Assembly: GCA_963651555.1 (NCBI GenBank)
Contig: CAVJQD010000001.1
Location: 965 to 64,964 of the forward strand
Direction: 5' to 3'
DNA length: 64,000 bases
Source: an uncultured Clostridium sp.
GTDB taxonomy: Bacteria; Bacteroidota; Bacteroidia; Bacteroidales; Paludibacteraceae
A program made the translations under genes and the position numbers. The notes under the pieces are model-generated. The model saw only the letters and a program-made list of their open reading frames with translations. It made no database searches and had not been told where the DNA came from. The first letter of the stretch is position 1; every line of letters starts with the position of its first letter. Positions 1 to 9,557 of this stretch are shown here, piece by piece.

Positions 1-2
1 AG

Positions 3-254
3 ACAGGCACACTGTTCTCAACAAAGGCTAAAGGTGCTCGCTACCTGCAACTGACCGAAGGCTACATCACCAAACAGTTCCTCGACGAGGACAACGAGAT
101 TTGTGGCTACGAGTATGTTCACATGGGCAAGTTCATGGATGCTATCAAGAAAGGCGTACCTGCAGATGAGGCTCTGAAACAAGTAACCGGCACCTATGGT
201 CGTACGACTAAGGAGCAAGGCGCAGTTAAATCTATTGACCCAAGAAAGGAGTAA
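3..254 (+). CDS. 3' end of a CDS whose start lies outside the window; product not recognised
   Basis: Frame 3 is open from the window edge to TAA 252-254 (...GYEYVHMGKFMDAIKKGVPADEALKQ...). The stop lies 4 nt before the next ATG. Confidence 0.5.
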   Translation, partial: TGTLFSTKAKGARYLQLTEGYITKQFLDEDNEICGYEYVHMGKFMDAIKKGVPADEALKQVTGTYGRTTKEQGAVKSIDPRKE

Positions 255-258
255 TACT

Positions 259-1269
259 ATGATACGTCCAGTTCAATTTGAATCACAAGACCGCCGCGAG
301 AAACAAATCCTCGCTGCACTCAACGCTAATGGTATCGCTTCTATTGAAGAGGCTAATCAAATATGCGAGCAATATGGTCTCGACCCATATCAGACATGTG
401 AAGACACGCAGCGTATCTGCTTCGAGAACGCTAAGTGGGCTTATGTAGTAGGTAGCGCTATCGCCCTGAAGAAAGGTTGCAAGAATGCTGCTGATGCTGC
501 CGAGGCTATCGGTATCGGACTGCAGTCGTTCTGCATTCCAGGTTCTGTAGCAGACGACCGTAAGGTAGGTTTGGGACACGGTAACTTGGCTGCTCGTCTA
601 CTCCGTGAGGAGACCGAGTGTTTTGCTTTCTTGGCAGGTCACGAGTCCTTCGCTGCTGCTGAAGGTGCTATCAAGATTGCCGAGATGGCTAACAAGGTAC
701 GTCAGAAACCACTGCGTATCATCCTTAATGGTCTCGGTAAAGACGCTGCTATGATTATCAGCCGTATCAATGGCTTCACCTATGTACAGACTCAGTTCGA
801 CTACTACACCGGTGAGTTGAAGATTGTTAAGACCAAAGCCTACAGCAATGGTCCTCGTGCAAAAGTCAACTGCTACGGTGCTGACGATGTTCGTGAGGGC
901 GTGGCTATCATGTGGCACGAGAATGTAGATGTATCGATCACAGGTAACTCTACTAACCCTACTCGTTTCCAACACCCAGTGGCTGGTACCTATAAGAAAG
1001 AGCGTATCTTAGCCGGTAAACCTTACTTCTCTGTAGCATCCGGTGGTGGTACAGGTCGTACGCTGCACCCAGATAACATGGCAGCAGGTCCTGCTTCGTA
1101 TGGTATGACCGACACCATGGGTCGTATGCACAGCGATGCACAGTTTGCAGGTTCGTCTTCTGTTCCTGCACACGTTGAGATGATGGGCTTCCTCGGTATC
1201 GGTAACAACCCAATGGTTGGCTGCACCGTGGCTTGCGCTGTCAATGTAGCGTTGGCACTGAATAAGTAA
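259..1269 (+). CDS. GGGtGRT-signature protein (conserved, function unknown)
   Basis: The literal signature SGGGTGRTLHPDN sits near the C-terminus. I take the ATG at 259, in frame with track ORF 196-1269 and just after the upstream stop. Confidence 0.8.
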   Translation: MIRPVQFESQDRREKQILAALNANGIASIEEANQICEQYGLDPYQTCEDTQRICFENAKWAYVVGSAIALKKGCKNAADAAEAIGIGLQSFCIPGSVADDRKVGLGHGNLAARLLREETECFAFLAGHESFAAAEGAIKIAEMANKVRQKPLRIILNGLGKDAAMIISRINGFTYVQTQFDYYTGELKIVKTKAYSNGPRAKVNCYGADDVREGVAIMWHENVDVSITGNSTNPTRFQHPVAGTYKKERILAGKPYFSVASGGGTGRTLHPDNMAAGPASYGMTDTMGRMHSDAQFAGSSSVPAHVEMMGFLGIGNNPMVGCTVACAVNVALALNK

Positions 1270-1287
1270 GAGATTACAACATTACCA

Positions 1288-1327
1288 AGTAGCCTCTCTG
1301 TTCCACACAGAGGGGCTACTTCGTTTT
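1288..1327 (+). terminator. Rho-independent terminator
   Basis: 13-bp stem AGTAGCCTCTCTG / CAGAGGGGCTACT (one G-U pair) followed by TCGTTTT. Confidence 0.6.
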
Positions 1328-1395
1328 AATAGCAAGAGAGCGCTTTTGGCACAGAATTTGCACCATTCCGGTGTATAAATATCAAACTATACAAA

Positions 1396-2391
1396 ATGGA
1401 TAACACTGTAGATATTCGAGAATTGCAAGAACGCATCGAGCGTGAGAGTTCTTTCGTTGATGCTCTTACCATGGGCATGAATCAAGTCATCGTAGGACAG
1501 AAACACTTAGTAGAGAGCCTATTGATTGGTCTTCTCAGCGATGGACATATTCTTCTTGAAGGCGTTCCTGGTCTGGCTAAGACATTAGCCATTAAGACAC
1601 TGGCGGACCTTATTAAAGCCGACTTCTCTCGTATCCAATTCACCCCAGACCTATTGCCTGCCGATGTATTGGGTACTCAGATATACTCCCAGAAAAACGA
1701 AGAGTTCCGCATAAAGAAAGGACCTATCTTCGCTAACTTCGTACTTGCCGATGAGATAAACCGTGCTCCGGCAAAGGTGCAGTCCGCCCTACTCGAGGCT
1801 ATGCAAGAGCGACAGATAACTATTGGAGAAGAGACCTTCAAACTCGATGACCCGTTCCTCGTATTGGCTACACAGAACCCTATCGAACAAGAAGGCACCT
1901 ACCCTCTGCCTGAAGCACAAACCGACCGTTTCATGCTAAAGGTGGTTATTGGCTACCCCAAGAAAGAGGAAGAGCAACAGATCATACGACAGAATATAAG
2001 CGGTACGCAGAAGCAGATACTGCCTATCCTGTCCACTGAAGATATACGCAAAGCACGACAGATAGTAAGAGAAGTATACCTTGACGAGAAAATCGAGAAG
2101 TATATTGTTGACATCGTCTTTGCTACGCGTTACCCAGAGACCTACGAGTTAGATTCTCTCAAGGGTATGATACAGTTCGGTGGTAGTCCTCGTGCAAGTA
2201 TCAACCTTGCCTTGGCTGCACGCGCTTATGCCTTTATTCACCGCCGTGGATATGTCGTACCAGAAGATGTTCGTGCCGTATGCTACGATGTACTCCGTCA
2301 CCGTATCGGACTTACTTATGAAGCCGAAGCACAGAACATGACCACCGAAGATGTCATCACCGAGATACTGAACAAAGTACAAGTACCTTAA
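1396..2391 (+). CDS. MoxR-family AAA+ ATPase, first gene of the Bat operon
   Basis: Walker A LEGVPGLAKT and Walker B VLADEINRA. The ILLEGVPG...QFTPDLLPADVLG block is typical of MoxR. Confidence 0.9.
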   Translation: MDNTVDIRELQERIERESSFVDALTMGMNQVIVGQKHLVESLLIGLLSDGHILLEGVPGLAKTLAIKTLADLIKADFSRIQFTPDLLPADVLGTQIYSQKNEEFRIKKGPIFANFVLADEINRAPAKVQSALLEAMQERQITIGEETFKLDDPFLVLATQNPIEQEGTYPLPEAQTDRFMLKVVIGYPKKEEEQQIIRQNISGTQKQILPILSTEDIRKARQIVREVYLDEKIEKYIVDIVFATRYPETYELDSLKGMIQFGGSPRASINLALAARAYAFIHRRGYVVPEDVRAVCYDVLRHRIGLTYEAEAQNMTTEDVITEILNKVQVP

Positions 2392-2412
2392 GTTCGCTAA
2401 GCAACAGAGTAC

Positions 2413-3297
2413 ATGACAAACGAAGAGTTATTACAGAAGGTCCGACGCATAGAGATAAAGACTCGTGGACTATCACGAAACATCTTTGCAGGCGAATACC
2501 ATAGTCAGTTCAAAGGGCGTGGTATGACTTTCGCAGAGGTACGAGAGTACCAACCTGGCGATGATGTACGCTCTATCGATTGGAATGTAACAGCACGACT
2601 CAATAAGCCTTATATCAAGGTCTTTGAAGAGGAGCGAGAGATGACCGTCATGCTCCTTGTTGATGTATCCGGTAGCCGCAACTTCGGTTCTATCTCACAG
2701 ACCAAAAGAGACATGATGGCAGAGGTTGCTGCAACGCTTGCATTCTCTACCATCGAGAACAACGATAAGATAGGCGTCATTTTCTTCTCCGATAAGATAG
2801 AGAAATACATCCCACCTAAGAAAGGACGTAAGCATGTGCTGCATATCATTCGTGAACTCATCGACTTTGAGCCAACCTCCTCTGGTACCGATATAGCCAA
2901 CTGTTTGCAGTACTTCACCAATGCACAGAAGCGTCGCTGCACGGCTTTCCTCATATCCGACCTCGATGTACCCGTTGAAGGTACACAAGGTATTGCAGCC
3001 GCAGAGAAGCCTCTCATCATTGCCTCGCAAAAGCATGACCTATCTGCTATACAGATATACGACCAACGAGATGCCTCTATTCCTAATGTAGGACTACTCA
3101 AACTTAAAGATGCAGAGAGCGGCAAACGTATATGGGTCGACACCTCTTCGAAAGCCGTACGAGATGATTATGCTCAGCAATGGGATATGCAACAGAAAGC
3201 ATGGGATAGTATATTCACCAAGTTAGGTACACGCAATGTGAGTATACGCACCGAAGAGGATTATGTAAAAGGATTGATTCGATTATTTAGGATATAA
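2413..3297 (+). CDS. DUF58 (VWA-like) protein, MoxR partner
   Basis: GEYHSQFKGRGMTFAEVREYQPGDDVRSIDWN motif, then the VWA-like LLVDVSGS. The position after moxR is canonical. Confidence 0.85.
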   Translation: MTNEELLQKVRRIEIKTRGLSRNIFAGEYHSQFKGRGMTFAEVREYQPGDDVRSIDWNVTARLNKPYIKVFEEEREMTVMLLVDVSGSRNFGSISQTKRDMMAEVAATLAFSTIENNDKIGVIFFSDKIEKYIPPKKGRKHVLHIIRELIDFEPTSSGTDIANCLQYFTNAQKRRCTAFLISDLDVPVEGTQGIAAAEKPLIIASQKHDLSAIQIYDQRDASIPNVGLLKLKDAESGKRIWVDTSSKAVRDDYAQQWDMQQKAWDSIFTKLGTRNVSIRTEEDYVKGLIRLFRI

Positions 3298-3298
3298 C

Positions 3299-4243
3299 AT
3301 GGGTCTATCGTTATTGATATTAAGCATAGTAGTCAGCGCAAGCATCGACTCCACAGAGTTATGGATTGGTGACCAGACGCAACTACATCTCTCTGCTACT
3401 ACATCTGCCAACGAGCAAGTGCAGTTCCCGCAATATGGCACTACCCTTATCGATGGCTTAGACATAGTGGAACAAGCACCCCGTGATACCGTCAAGCAAG
3501 ATAATGGCTCACTAACCATCACGCAAGACATCACCCTCACTGCTTTTAAGGACTCGCTATTCCTTGTACCCCCTATCCCATTCGTCTGCGGCACAGATAC
3601 ACTTTATACCGACCCACTGTCTATAAACATCGTACAGCCTTTCGTTATCGATACTGCCGACAATGCTATCACCGACATCAAGCCTATCTATAAAGCACCT
3701 ATCTGGTGGTGGGGCATTATCCGTTGGATACTCTTAGGTATCGGCATAATAGGCTTAGGTATTGGTATCTACTTCCTTGTTCGTTACTTCAAGAAGCGTG
3801 CGGCTAAGCAGACCGAACAACCGATAGCAGAAGAGGATATACGTCCTGCAGAAGAGGTGGCTATTGAACGGCTTGATAAGATAAAAGAGCAGAAGATATG
3901 GCAACAGGGTCGCGCAAAAGAGTACCATACCGAACTGACCGATGTACTGCGTTACTATATGGCACGGCGCTTCAATATTACTACCCAAGAGAATACCTCC
4001 ATGGAGATACTCTCACAGATGAAGCAACTGATCGATAAGGACCTCTTCAGTGCACTCAAGCAGACGCTCTCGCTTGCTGACTTAGTAAAGTTCGCTAAGT
4101 GGATGCCACTGCCCGAAGAGAACGAACAAGCACTACGCTTTGCTTATCGCTTTGTGGAACAGACTACCCCCACTAAGCAGGAGGAGACACAAGGACAAAA
4201 GTCCGAGAGTGCTACTAACAAAGACACGAACACACAATCATGA
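3299..4243 (+). CDS. Membrane protein of the Bat operon (unnamed third gene)
   Basis: N-terminal hydrophobic segment, central TM IWWWGIIRWILLGIGIIGLGIGIYFLV and a charged C-terminal tail. ATGA overlap with batA. Confidence 0.6.
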   Translation: MGLSLLILSIVVSASIDSTELWIGDQTQLHLSATTSANEQVQFPQYGTTLIDGLDIVEQAPRDTVKQDNGSLTITQDITLTAFKDSLFLVPPIPFVCGTDTLYTDPLSINIVQPFVIDTADNAITDIKPIYKAPIWWWGIIRWILLGIGIIGLGIGIYFLVRYFKKRAAKQTEQPIAEEDIRPAEEVAIERLDKIKEQKIWQQGRAKEYHTELTDVLRYYMARRFNITTQENTSMEILSQMKQLIDKDLFSALKQTLSLADLVKFAKWMPLPEENEQALRFAYRFVEQTTPTKQEETQGQKSESATNKDTNTQS

Positions 4244-5223
4244 CCTTTCAAAACCCATATTATCTATTCTTGTTGCTGGTGCTGTTACCTATCATCTTCT
4301 GGTATATCTGGGAGATGCGAAAGAACGATGCCAGTCTTCAAGTGTCCTCTACTTATGCCTTGCAGCGCAAGCGCACATGGCGGCTCTATCTACTGCATGT
4401 TCCTTTCGTACTATTGATAGCGGCTATCACGCTACTTATCATTGCCCTTGCACGACCCCAACTGACTAATAAACTACACCAAGAGTCTACCGAGGGCATC
4501 GATATCATGATGGTGATGGACATCTCCGGTACTATGCAAGCCGAGGACCTTCGTCCTAACCGTATCGATGCAGCCAAGGCTGTAGCGTGCGACTTTATCA
4601 ATAACCGACCCGACGATAACATCGGATTGGTAGTCTTTGCCGGCGAGAGTTTCACACAGTGCCCTATGACTACCGACCATAATGTACTGGTTAACCTCTT
4701 TAGTGCCGTACAGTTCGGTATGATTGACGATGGTACTGCTATCGGACTCGGTATTGCTAATGCAGTCAATCGTATGAAAGACTCGCAAACAAAGTCAAAG
4801 GTGATTATCCTTCTGACTGATGGTTCGAATAACCGAGGCGACATTGACCCTCTTACTGCAGCAGAGATTGCTAAGACTTATGGTATTCGTATCTACGCCA
4901 TTGGTGTAGGTAGTTATGGTACAGCACGAGTACCCGTGCAAACTCCTATTGGCAAGCAGTATGTAGAGATACAAAACGAGTTCGACGAGAATACTCTACG
5001 CCAGATAGCACAGACCACCGATGGTGCCTACTTCCGTGCTACGGATAACCAGAAACTGCAGGCTATCTACCAAGAGATAGACCAAATGGAAAAGACGAAG
5101 ATGCAAGTACGAGAGTACTCCAAGCGTACCGACTTCTTTCCTGCATTCCTTTGGGCGGCTCTCGGGTGCTTACTCGTTAGTATCCTACTCCGTTATTTTG
5201 TCCTACGAACAATAAGCAACTGA
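4240..5223 (+). CDS. batA: VWA-domain aerotolerance protein BatA
   Basis: N-terminal TMs, VWA MIDAS motif MVMDISGTM, a C-terminal TM, and its position in the operon. Confidence 0.85.
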   Translation: MTFQNPYYLFLLLVLLPIIFWYIWEMRKNDASLQVSSTYALQRKRTWRLYLLHVPFVLLIAAITLLIIALARPQLTNKLHQESTEGIDIMMVMDISGTMQAEDLRPNRIDAAKAVACDFINNRPDDNIGLVVFAGESFTQCPMTTDHNVLVNLFSAVQFGMIDDGTAIGLGIANAVNRMKDSQTKSKVIILLTDGSNNRGDIDPLTAAEIAKTYGIRIYAIGVGSYGTARVPVQTPIGKQYVEIQNEFDENTLRQIAQTTDGAYFRATDNQKLQAIYQEIDQMEKTKMQVREYSKRTDFFPAFLWAALGCLLVSILLRYFVLRTISN

Positions 5224-5228
5224 CCATC

Positions 5229-6275
5229 ATGTTCCGTTTTGCAAACATACAAGCACTCTGGTTACTACTCCTGATACCCCTATTAGCAGTAGCCTTTATC
5301 CTCATCACACGCTATAAGCACCGCCAACTGCAGGCTTTTGGTGATGAACAACTACTGAAGGACCTTATGCCGAACGCCTCTCGGGTACGCCCCGTGATTA
5401 AGTTCTGCCTCAATATGTTGGCATTGACTTGCCTTATCTTTGCCCTTGCTCGACCTCAATATGGCGAGAAAGAGGAGATACAGAAGCGTAACGGCATCAA
5501 AGTGATGTTCGCTCTCGATGTCAGCAATTCTATGTTGGCAGAGGATGTAGCGCCTAACCGTCTTGAGCGGGCTAAGCAAATATTCTCTAAACTGATTGAT
5601 AACATGCAGGACGATAAGGTCGGACTTGTAGTCTTTGCAGGGGAAGCCTTTACACAACTGCCTATCACCTGCGACTATGTATCGGCAAAGATGTTCCTTC
5701 AGTCAATCTCACCTGATATGATAAAGACGCAAGGTACGGTCATAGGACGAGCCTTGCAAACCTCTATGCAGGCGTTTGGAGAGAAAGATGAGGCTTCTCG
5801 GGTTATCATCCTTATTACGGATGGTGAAGACCATGACGATGATGCTGAATCTATTGCTCAACAGATCAAAGAGCAAGGTGCTGAGATTATTGTAGTAGGT
5901 ATCGGTAAACCCGAAGGGTCTCCTATACCCGTACCAGGTACTAATGGTTTCCGTAAAGACAGGCAAGGTAATGTAGTCGTATCTCGCCTCAATGAAGAGA
6001 TGTGCCAGAAAATAGCCCAAGCCGGAGGAGGTATCTATGTCCGTTGCGACAACTCCAATACAGCAAAGAGAGTGATAGAGAACCGGTTAGACGACCTATC
6101 GAAGGCAGAATTGGAAGCCAAAGTGACTACGAGTTACAACGAACAATACCAGACCTTTGTGGCACTTGCTTTGCTCATACTCATTATCGACTTCTTTATC
6201 TTCAACCGTAAGAATAAGCGTCTCAGTCAGATGAATATCTTTGGCGAGAAACACACAAAAACTAAGACTCGATGA
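5229..6275 (+). CDS. batB: VWA-domain aerotolerance protein BatB
   Basis: Second VWA paralog (FALDVSNSM MIDAS) with the same TM-VWA-TM layout. Confidence 0.85.
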   Translation: MFRFANIQALWLLLLIPLLAVAFILITRYKHRQLQAFGDEQLLKDLMPNASRVRPVIKFCLNMLALTCLIFALARPQYGEKEEIQKRNGIKVMFALDVSNSMLAEDVAPNRLERAKQIFSKLIDNMQDDKVGLVVFAGEAFTQLPITCDYVSAKMFLQSISPDMIKTQGTVIGRALQTSMQAFGEKDEASRVIILITDGEDHDDDAESIAQQIKEQGAEIIVVGIGKPEGSPIPVPGTNGFRKDRQGNVVVSRLNEEMCQKIAQAGGGIYVRCDNSNTAKRVIENRLDDLSKAELEAKVTTSYNEQYQTFVALALLILIIDFFIFNRKNKRLSQMNIFGEKHTKTKTR

Positions 6276-6955
6276 ACAGTAAACAAATAATACTATATAT
6301 TGCACTACTTCTCATACCTACTCTATCGTACGCACAGAAAGAGAGTTCGGATGTAAGGCGTGGTAACAAAGCCTATAACAAAGAAAACTATGTAGAAGCA
6401 GAAGTAGACTACCGCAAAGGTCTTGATAAGAACAAAGAGGCTTTTGAGGCACACTTCAATTTGGGCAATGCACTCTTCAAACAAGAGAAGTATGCCGATG
6501 CTATTGAGGAATACAAGGCTGCCAGTCACTATACCGATGGGGACAAGAAACGCCAAGCAGCCATCGACCATAATATTGGCAATGCTCACTTTGCGCAGCA
6601 GCAATACTCCGAGGCTATTGAAGCCTATAAGCAAGCACTCAAGAATAATCCTAAAGACAACGATACTCGATATAATCTTGTAAAAGCCATGCAGTTTCTG
6701 CAACAACAAGAGCAACAGCAGCAGCAGAATCAAGATAAGAACAAGGACCAGAATCAACAGCAGCAACAACAACAGCAGCAACAAGACCAACAAGATCAGG
6801 AGCAGCAACAACAGCAGCAGCAAGAGCAATCGAACATCGATAAAAAGACCGCCGAGCAACTATTGCAGGCACTTGAACAAGACGAGCAAGAGACACAAGA
6901 GAAGGTAAAGCGTCAAGAGGCACAAGGCGGTAAGCGATTAGAAAAAGACTGGTAA
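6272..6955 (+). CDS. batC: TPR-repeat protein BatC with a Gln-rich tail
   Basis: Signal peptide, TPR-like repeats (AEVDYRKGL, AIEEYKAA, AIEAYKQAL) and a long poly-Q/D/E tract. ATGA overlap with batB. Confidence 0.75.
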   Translation: MNSKQIILYIALLLIPTLSYAQKESSDVRRGNKAYNKENYVEAEVDYRKGLDKNKEAFEAHFNLGNALFKQEKYADAIEEYKAASHYTDGDKKRQAAIDHNIGNAHFAQQQYSEAIEAYKQALKNNPKDNDTRYNLVKAMQFLQQQEQQQQQNQDKNKDQNQQQQQQQQQQDQQDQEQQQQQQQEQSNIDKKTAEQLLQALEQDEQETQEKVKRQEAQGGKRLEKDW

Positions 6956-6972
6956 TACATAACAACAAGAGC

Positions 6973-8811
6973 ATGAAACGACTACTAAATATAGTTCTAT
7001 CTCTCACGCTGATAGCCGTTACGGCATTCGCAGAGGACATTGAGTTTCGAGCCTCAGCCCCTGCTCAAGTGATAGTGGGACAACCCTTTCAAGTATCTTA
7101 CTCCGTCAACCACGATGGTAAGGACCTGCGTATTCCTGAGTTCGAGTCATTCGACATATTGGCAGGCCCCTACACGAGTGTAAGCAATAGTACCCAATGG
7201 ATAAACGGCAAGCGTACTTCTACCTATAGTAAGACGTTCACTTATACACTGAATGCCAAGAAAGAGGGGACATACTCTATTCGCCCTGCTACTATTCGTA
7301 TCGACAAGGAGACCTATACCTCCAACGGACTCAAGATAACCGTTCTTCCACCCGACCAGACTCCTTCTAACGACAACACACAGAGCAATAATCAACAACA
7401 GAAGCAGTCGGCTTCGGCATCGTCAAGTAGTTCACAAGGGAACGATATATTCATCCGAACTATTGCTACCAAGACCAAAGTACACGAGCAAGAGTGTATA
7501 TTGCTTTCGTATAAACTATACTTTGCCGGAGTTGATGTAGCGCAGTTCACTAACAACACTACCATACCCGACTTCAAAGGGTTTATGAAGCAAGAGATTG
7601 ACTTAGGCGAGATACAGACCGAGTTGGAGCATTACAACGGGAAGAACTATCAGACGGCAGTACTCTATCAGACCCTACTCTATCCCCAGCATAGTGGTAC
7701 GATAAAGATTGAGCCTGCCTCGTTTGAAGCCGTCATTCGTGTACGCAACAGAGTGCAGACACATAGTATCTTCAACAGTTTCTTTGACACTTACTCTAAT
7801 GTGACCCGTGCCTTGAAAGCGCCTGGGGTAACGATACACGTAGATGCTCTGCCCGCAGGTAAACCGAAGTCGTTCCTTGGAGGTGTAGGACAGTTCCAGA
7901 TATCCTCTTCTATTACTACCGACCAACTGCATACCAATGAAGCCGTTACCTTGCGTCTTGAGATAAAGGGCAATGGTAACCTCAAGTTACTCAAGACGCC
8001 AGCGGTAGAATGGCCCGAAGGGTTTGAGGTATACGACCCTAAGGTGACGAATAACTTCAAGACCACAACCAATGGTACAACAGGCACTAAAGTCATTGAG
8101 TATCTCGCTATTCCTCGTGCTGCAGGTGAGTTTACTGTACCCGCAATTGAGTTTGCTTACTTCAATACGCAAACCGATTCCTACGAGACTCTCACTACTC
8201 CCGAATATACACTGCATGTGCAGCGTGGTACGGAGGATAACAATGGGGCTGTGGTAGTAGGCGACCATATAGAGAAAGAGGATATCAAGCAACTGAACTC
8301 GGATATACGATACCTCTATGTAGGTGCGCTGCCGGCAGCAAGAAAGACGGTGTTCCACTTCGGAGACTTGGTATTTTGGTTGTGCTATCTTATCCCATTG
8401 CTCTTAGCCACTATTGTGTTTGTCATCTTCCGCCGTCAGATACGGGAGAATGCAGACCTTGTGAAGGTTCGTTATAAGAAAGCCAACAAGACGGCACAGC
8501 GTCGTCTTCGTAAGGCAAAGGCATTGATGGGGCAAGGTAACAAAGAACAGTTCTATGAAGAGATAGAGCGTGCAGCATGGAGTTACCTAAGTGACCGTTT
8601 GTCTATTCCTACGGCAGACCTTAACAAGGAGAATATATCACAGATACTGAGTCATAAGGGAGTGGCAGATGATGTAGTGAAAGAGGTATTAGACCTTCTC
8701 TCTACGGCAGAGTTTGCGCGTTATGCCCCTGCCGCAGTAGGACATGAGATGCAAGACATCTATCAAGATACGATACAACTCATTGATAGGTTAGAGACAT
8801 GCAAGCTATGA
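6973..8811 (+). CDS. batD: BatD (oxygen tolerance) protein
   Basis: Signal peptide, repeated Ig-like segments and a C-terminal TM plus cytoplasmic tail. Size and operon position fit BatD. Confidence 0.8.
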   Translation: MKRLLNIVLSLTLIAVTAFAEDIEFRASAPAQVIVGQPFQVSYSVNHDGKDLRIPEFESFDILAGPYTSVSNSTQWINGKRTSTYSKTFTYTLNAKKEGTYSIRPATIRIDKETYTSNGLKITVLPPDQTPSNDNTQSNNQQQKQSASASSSSSQGNDIFIRTIATKTKVHEQECILLSYKLYFAGVDVAQFTNNTTIPDFKGFMKQEIDLGEIQTELEHYNGKNYQTAVLYQTLLYPQHSGTIKIEPASFEAVIRVRNRVQTHSIFNSFFDTYSNVTRALKAPGVTIHVDALPAGKPKSFLGGVGQFQISSSITTDQLHTNEAVTLRLEIKGNGNLKLLKTPAVEWPEGFEVYDPKVTNNFKTTTNGTTGTKVIEYLAIPRAAGEFTVPAIEFAYFNTQTDSYETLTTPEYTLHVQRGTEDNNGAVVVGDHIEKEDIKQLNSDIRYLYVGALPAARKTVFHFGDLVFWLCYLIPLLLATIVFVIFRRQIRENADLVKVRYKKANKTAQRRLRKAKALMGQGNKEQFYEEIERAAWSYLSDRLSIPTADLNKENISQILSHKGVADDVVKEVLDLLSTAEFARYAPAAVGHEMQDIYQDTIQLIDRLETCKL

Positions 8812-9557
8812 GTATGAAAAAGAGACTATATACAATCATCAATATATTGTGCTTGACGGTGTTGTGCTACGGCCAAGACCCCCTATCGCAGGCACGAAAG
8901 TACTACGACGCAGGCGATTATGCGGCTGCAGTCAGTGTATACGATTCGTTATTGACAGTGCAACCCTCGGCAGAGGTAGAGTATAACTTAGGGAATACCT
9001 ACTTCAAGTCAGGCGAGTTGGGAAGTAGTATCTTACACTACGAGAGAGCGTTGCGTCTTCGTCCTAATTATGCAGATGCGAAGTATAACCTTCATATCGC
9101 AGAGGGTCGTATCATAGATGACCTTAAGAACGAGAACGAGACGTTATTGTCGGTTTGGACTATGCATCTTATTCGTTCTTTGTCGGAACAAGGTTGGATT
9201 ATCTTTAGTCTAACGGCTTTTCTTCTATTCTTAGTGGGGATGATAGTGTTCTCGTTTGTTCGCACGGTAGGAGTACGAAAAACGGGCTTTTATGTAGCAT
9301 GCGTTGCTATCATCTTCAGTATTATCTCTTTTACCTTTGCGGGTGTAGAGCATAAGCAGGACACGGAGCGTCGTGATGCGATTGTGATGCAGAGCATAGT
9401 GAGCGTAAAGAGCAGTCCTGATAAGTCGGGCACGGATATCTTTGTGCTTCATGAAGGGACGAAGGTACATATCCGCACCACGCTATCTGATTGGGCAGAG
9501 ATACAAGTAGCAGATAATGTAGGTTGGATACGGTTGTCGTGCATCGAGCGTATATAA
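8808..9557 (+). CDS. batE: BatE-like TPR/SH3 protein
   Basis: TPR repeats, then TM segments, then an SH3-like end (WAEIQVADNVGWIRLSCIE). I take the ATG at 8808 for its ATGA overlap with the batD stop; 8799 is also possible. Confidence 0.7.
   Translation: MSMKKRLYTIINILCLTVLCYGQDPLSQARKYYDAGDYAAAVSVYDSLLTVQPSAEVEYNLGNTYFKSGELGSSILHYERALRLRPNYADAKYNLHIAEGRIIDDLKNENETLLSVWTMHLIRSLSEQGWIIFSLTAFLLFLVGMIVFSFVRTVGVRKTGFYVACVAIIFSIISFTFAGVEHKQDTERRDAIVMQSIVSVKSSPDKSGTDIFVLHEGTKVHIRTTLSDWAEIQVADNVGWIRLSCIERI

Noticed and set aside
6323-6859. 178-aa minus-strand ORF with long poly-Leu runs.
   Set aside because: It is the antisense reading of the CAA/CAG poly-Gln tract in batC.
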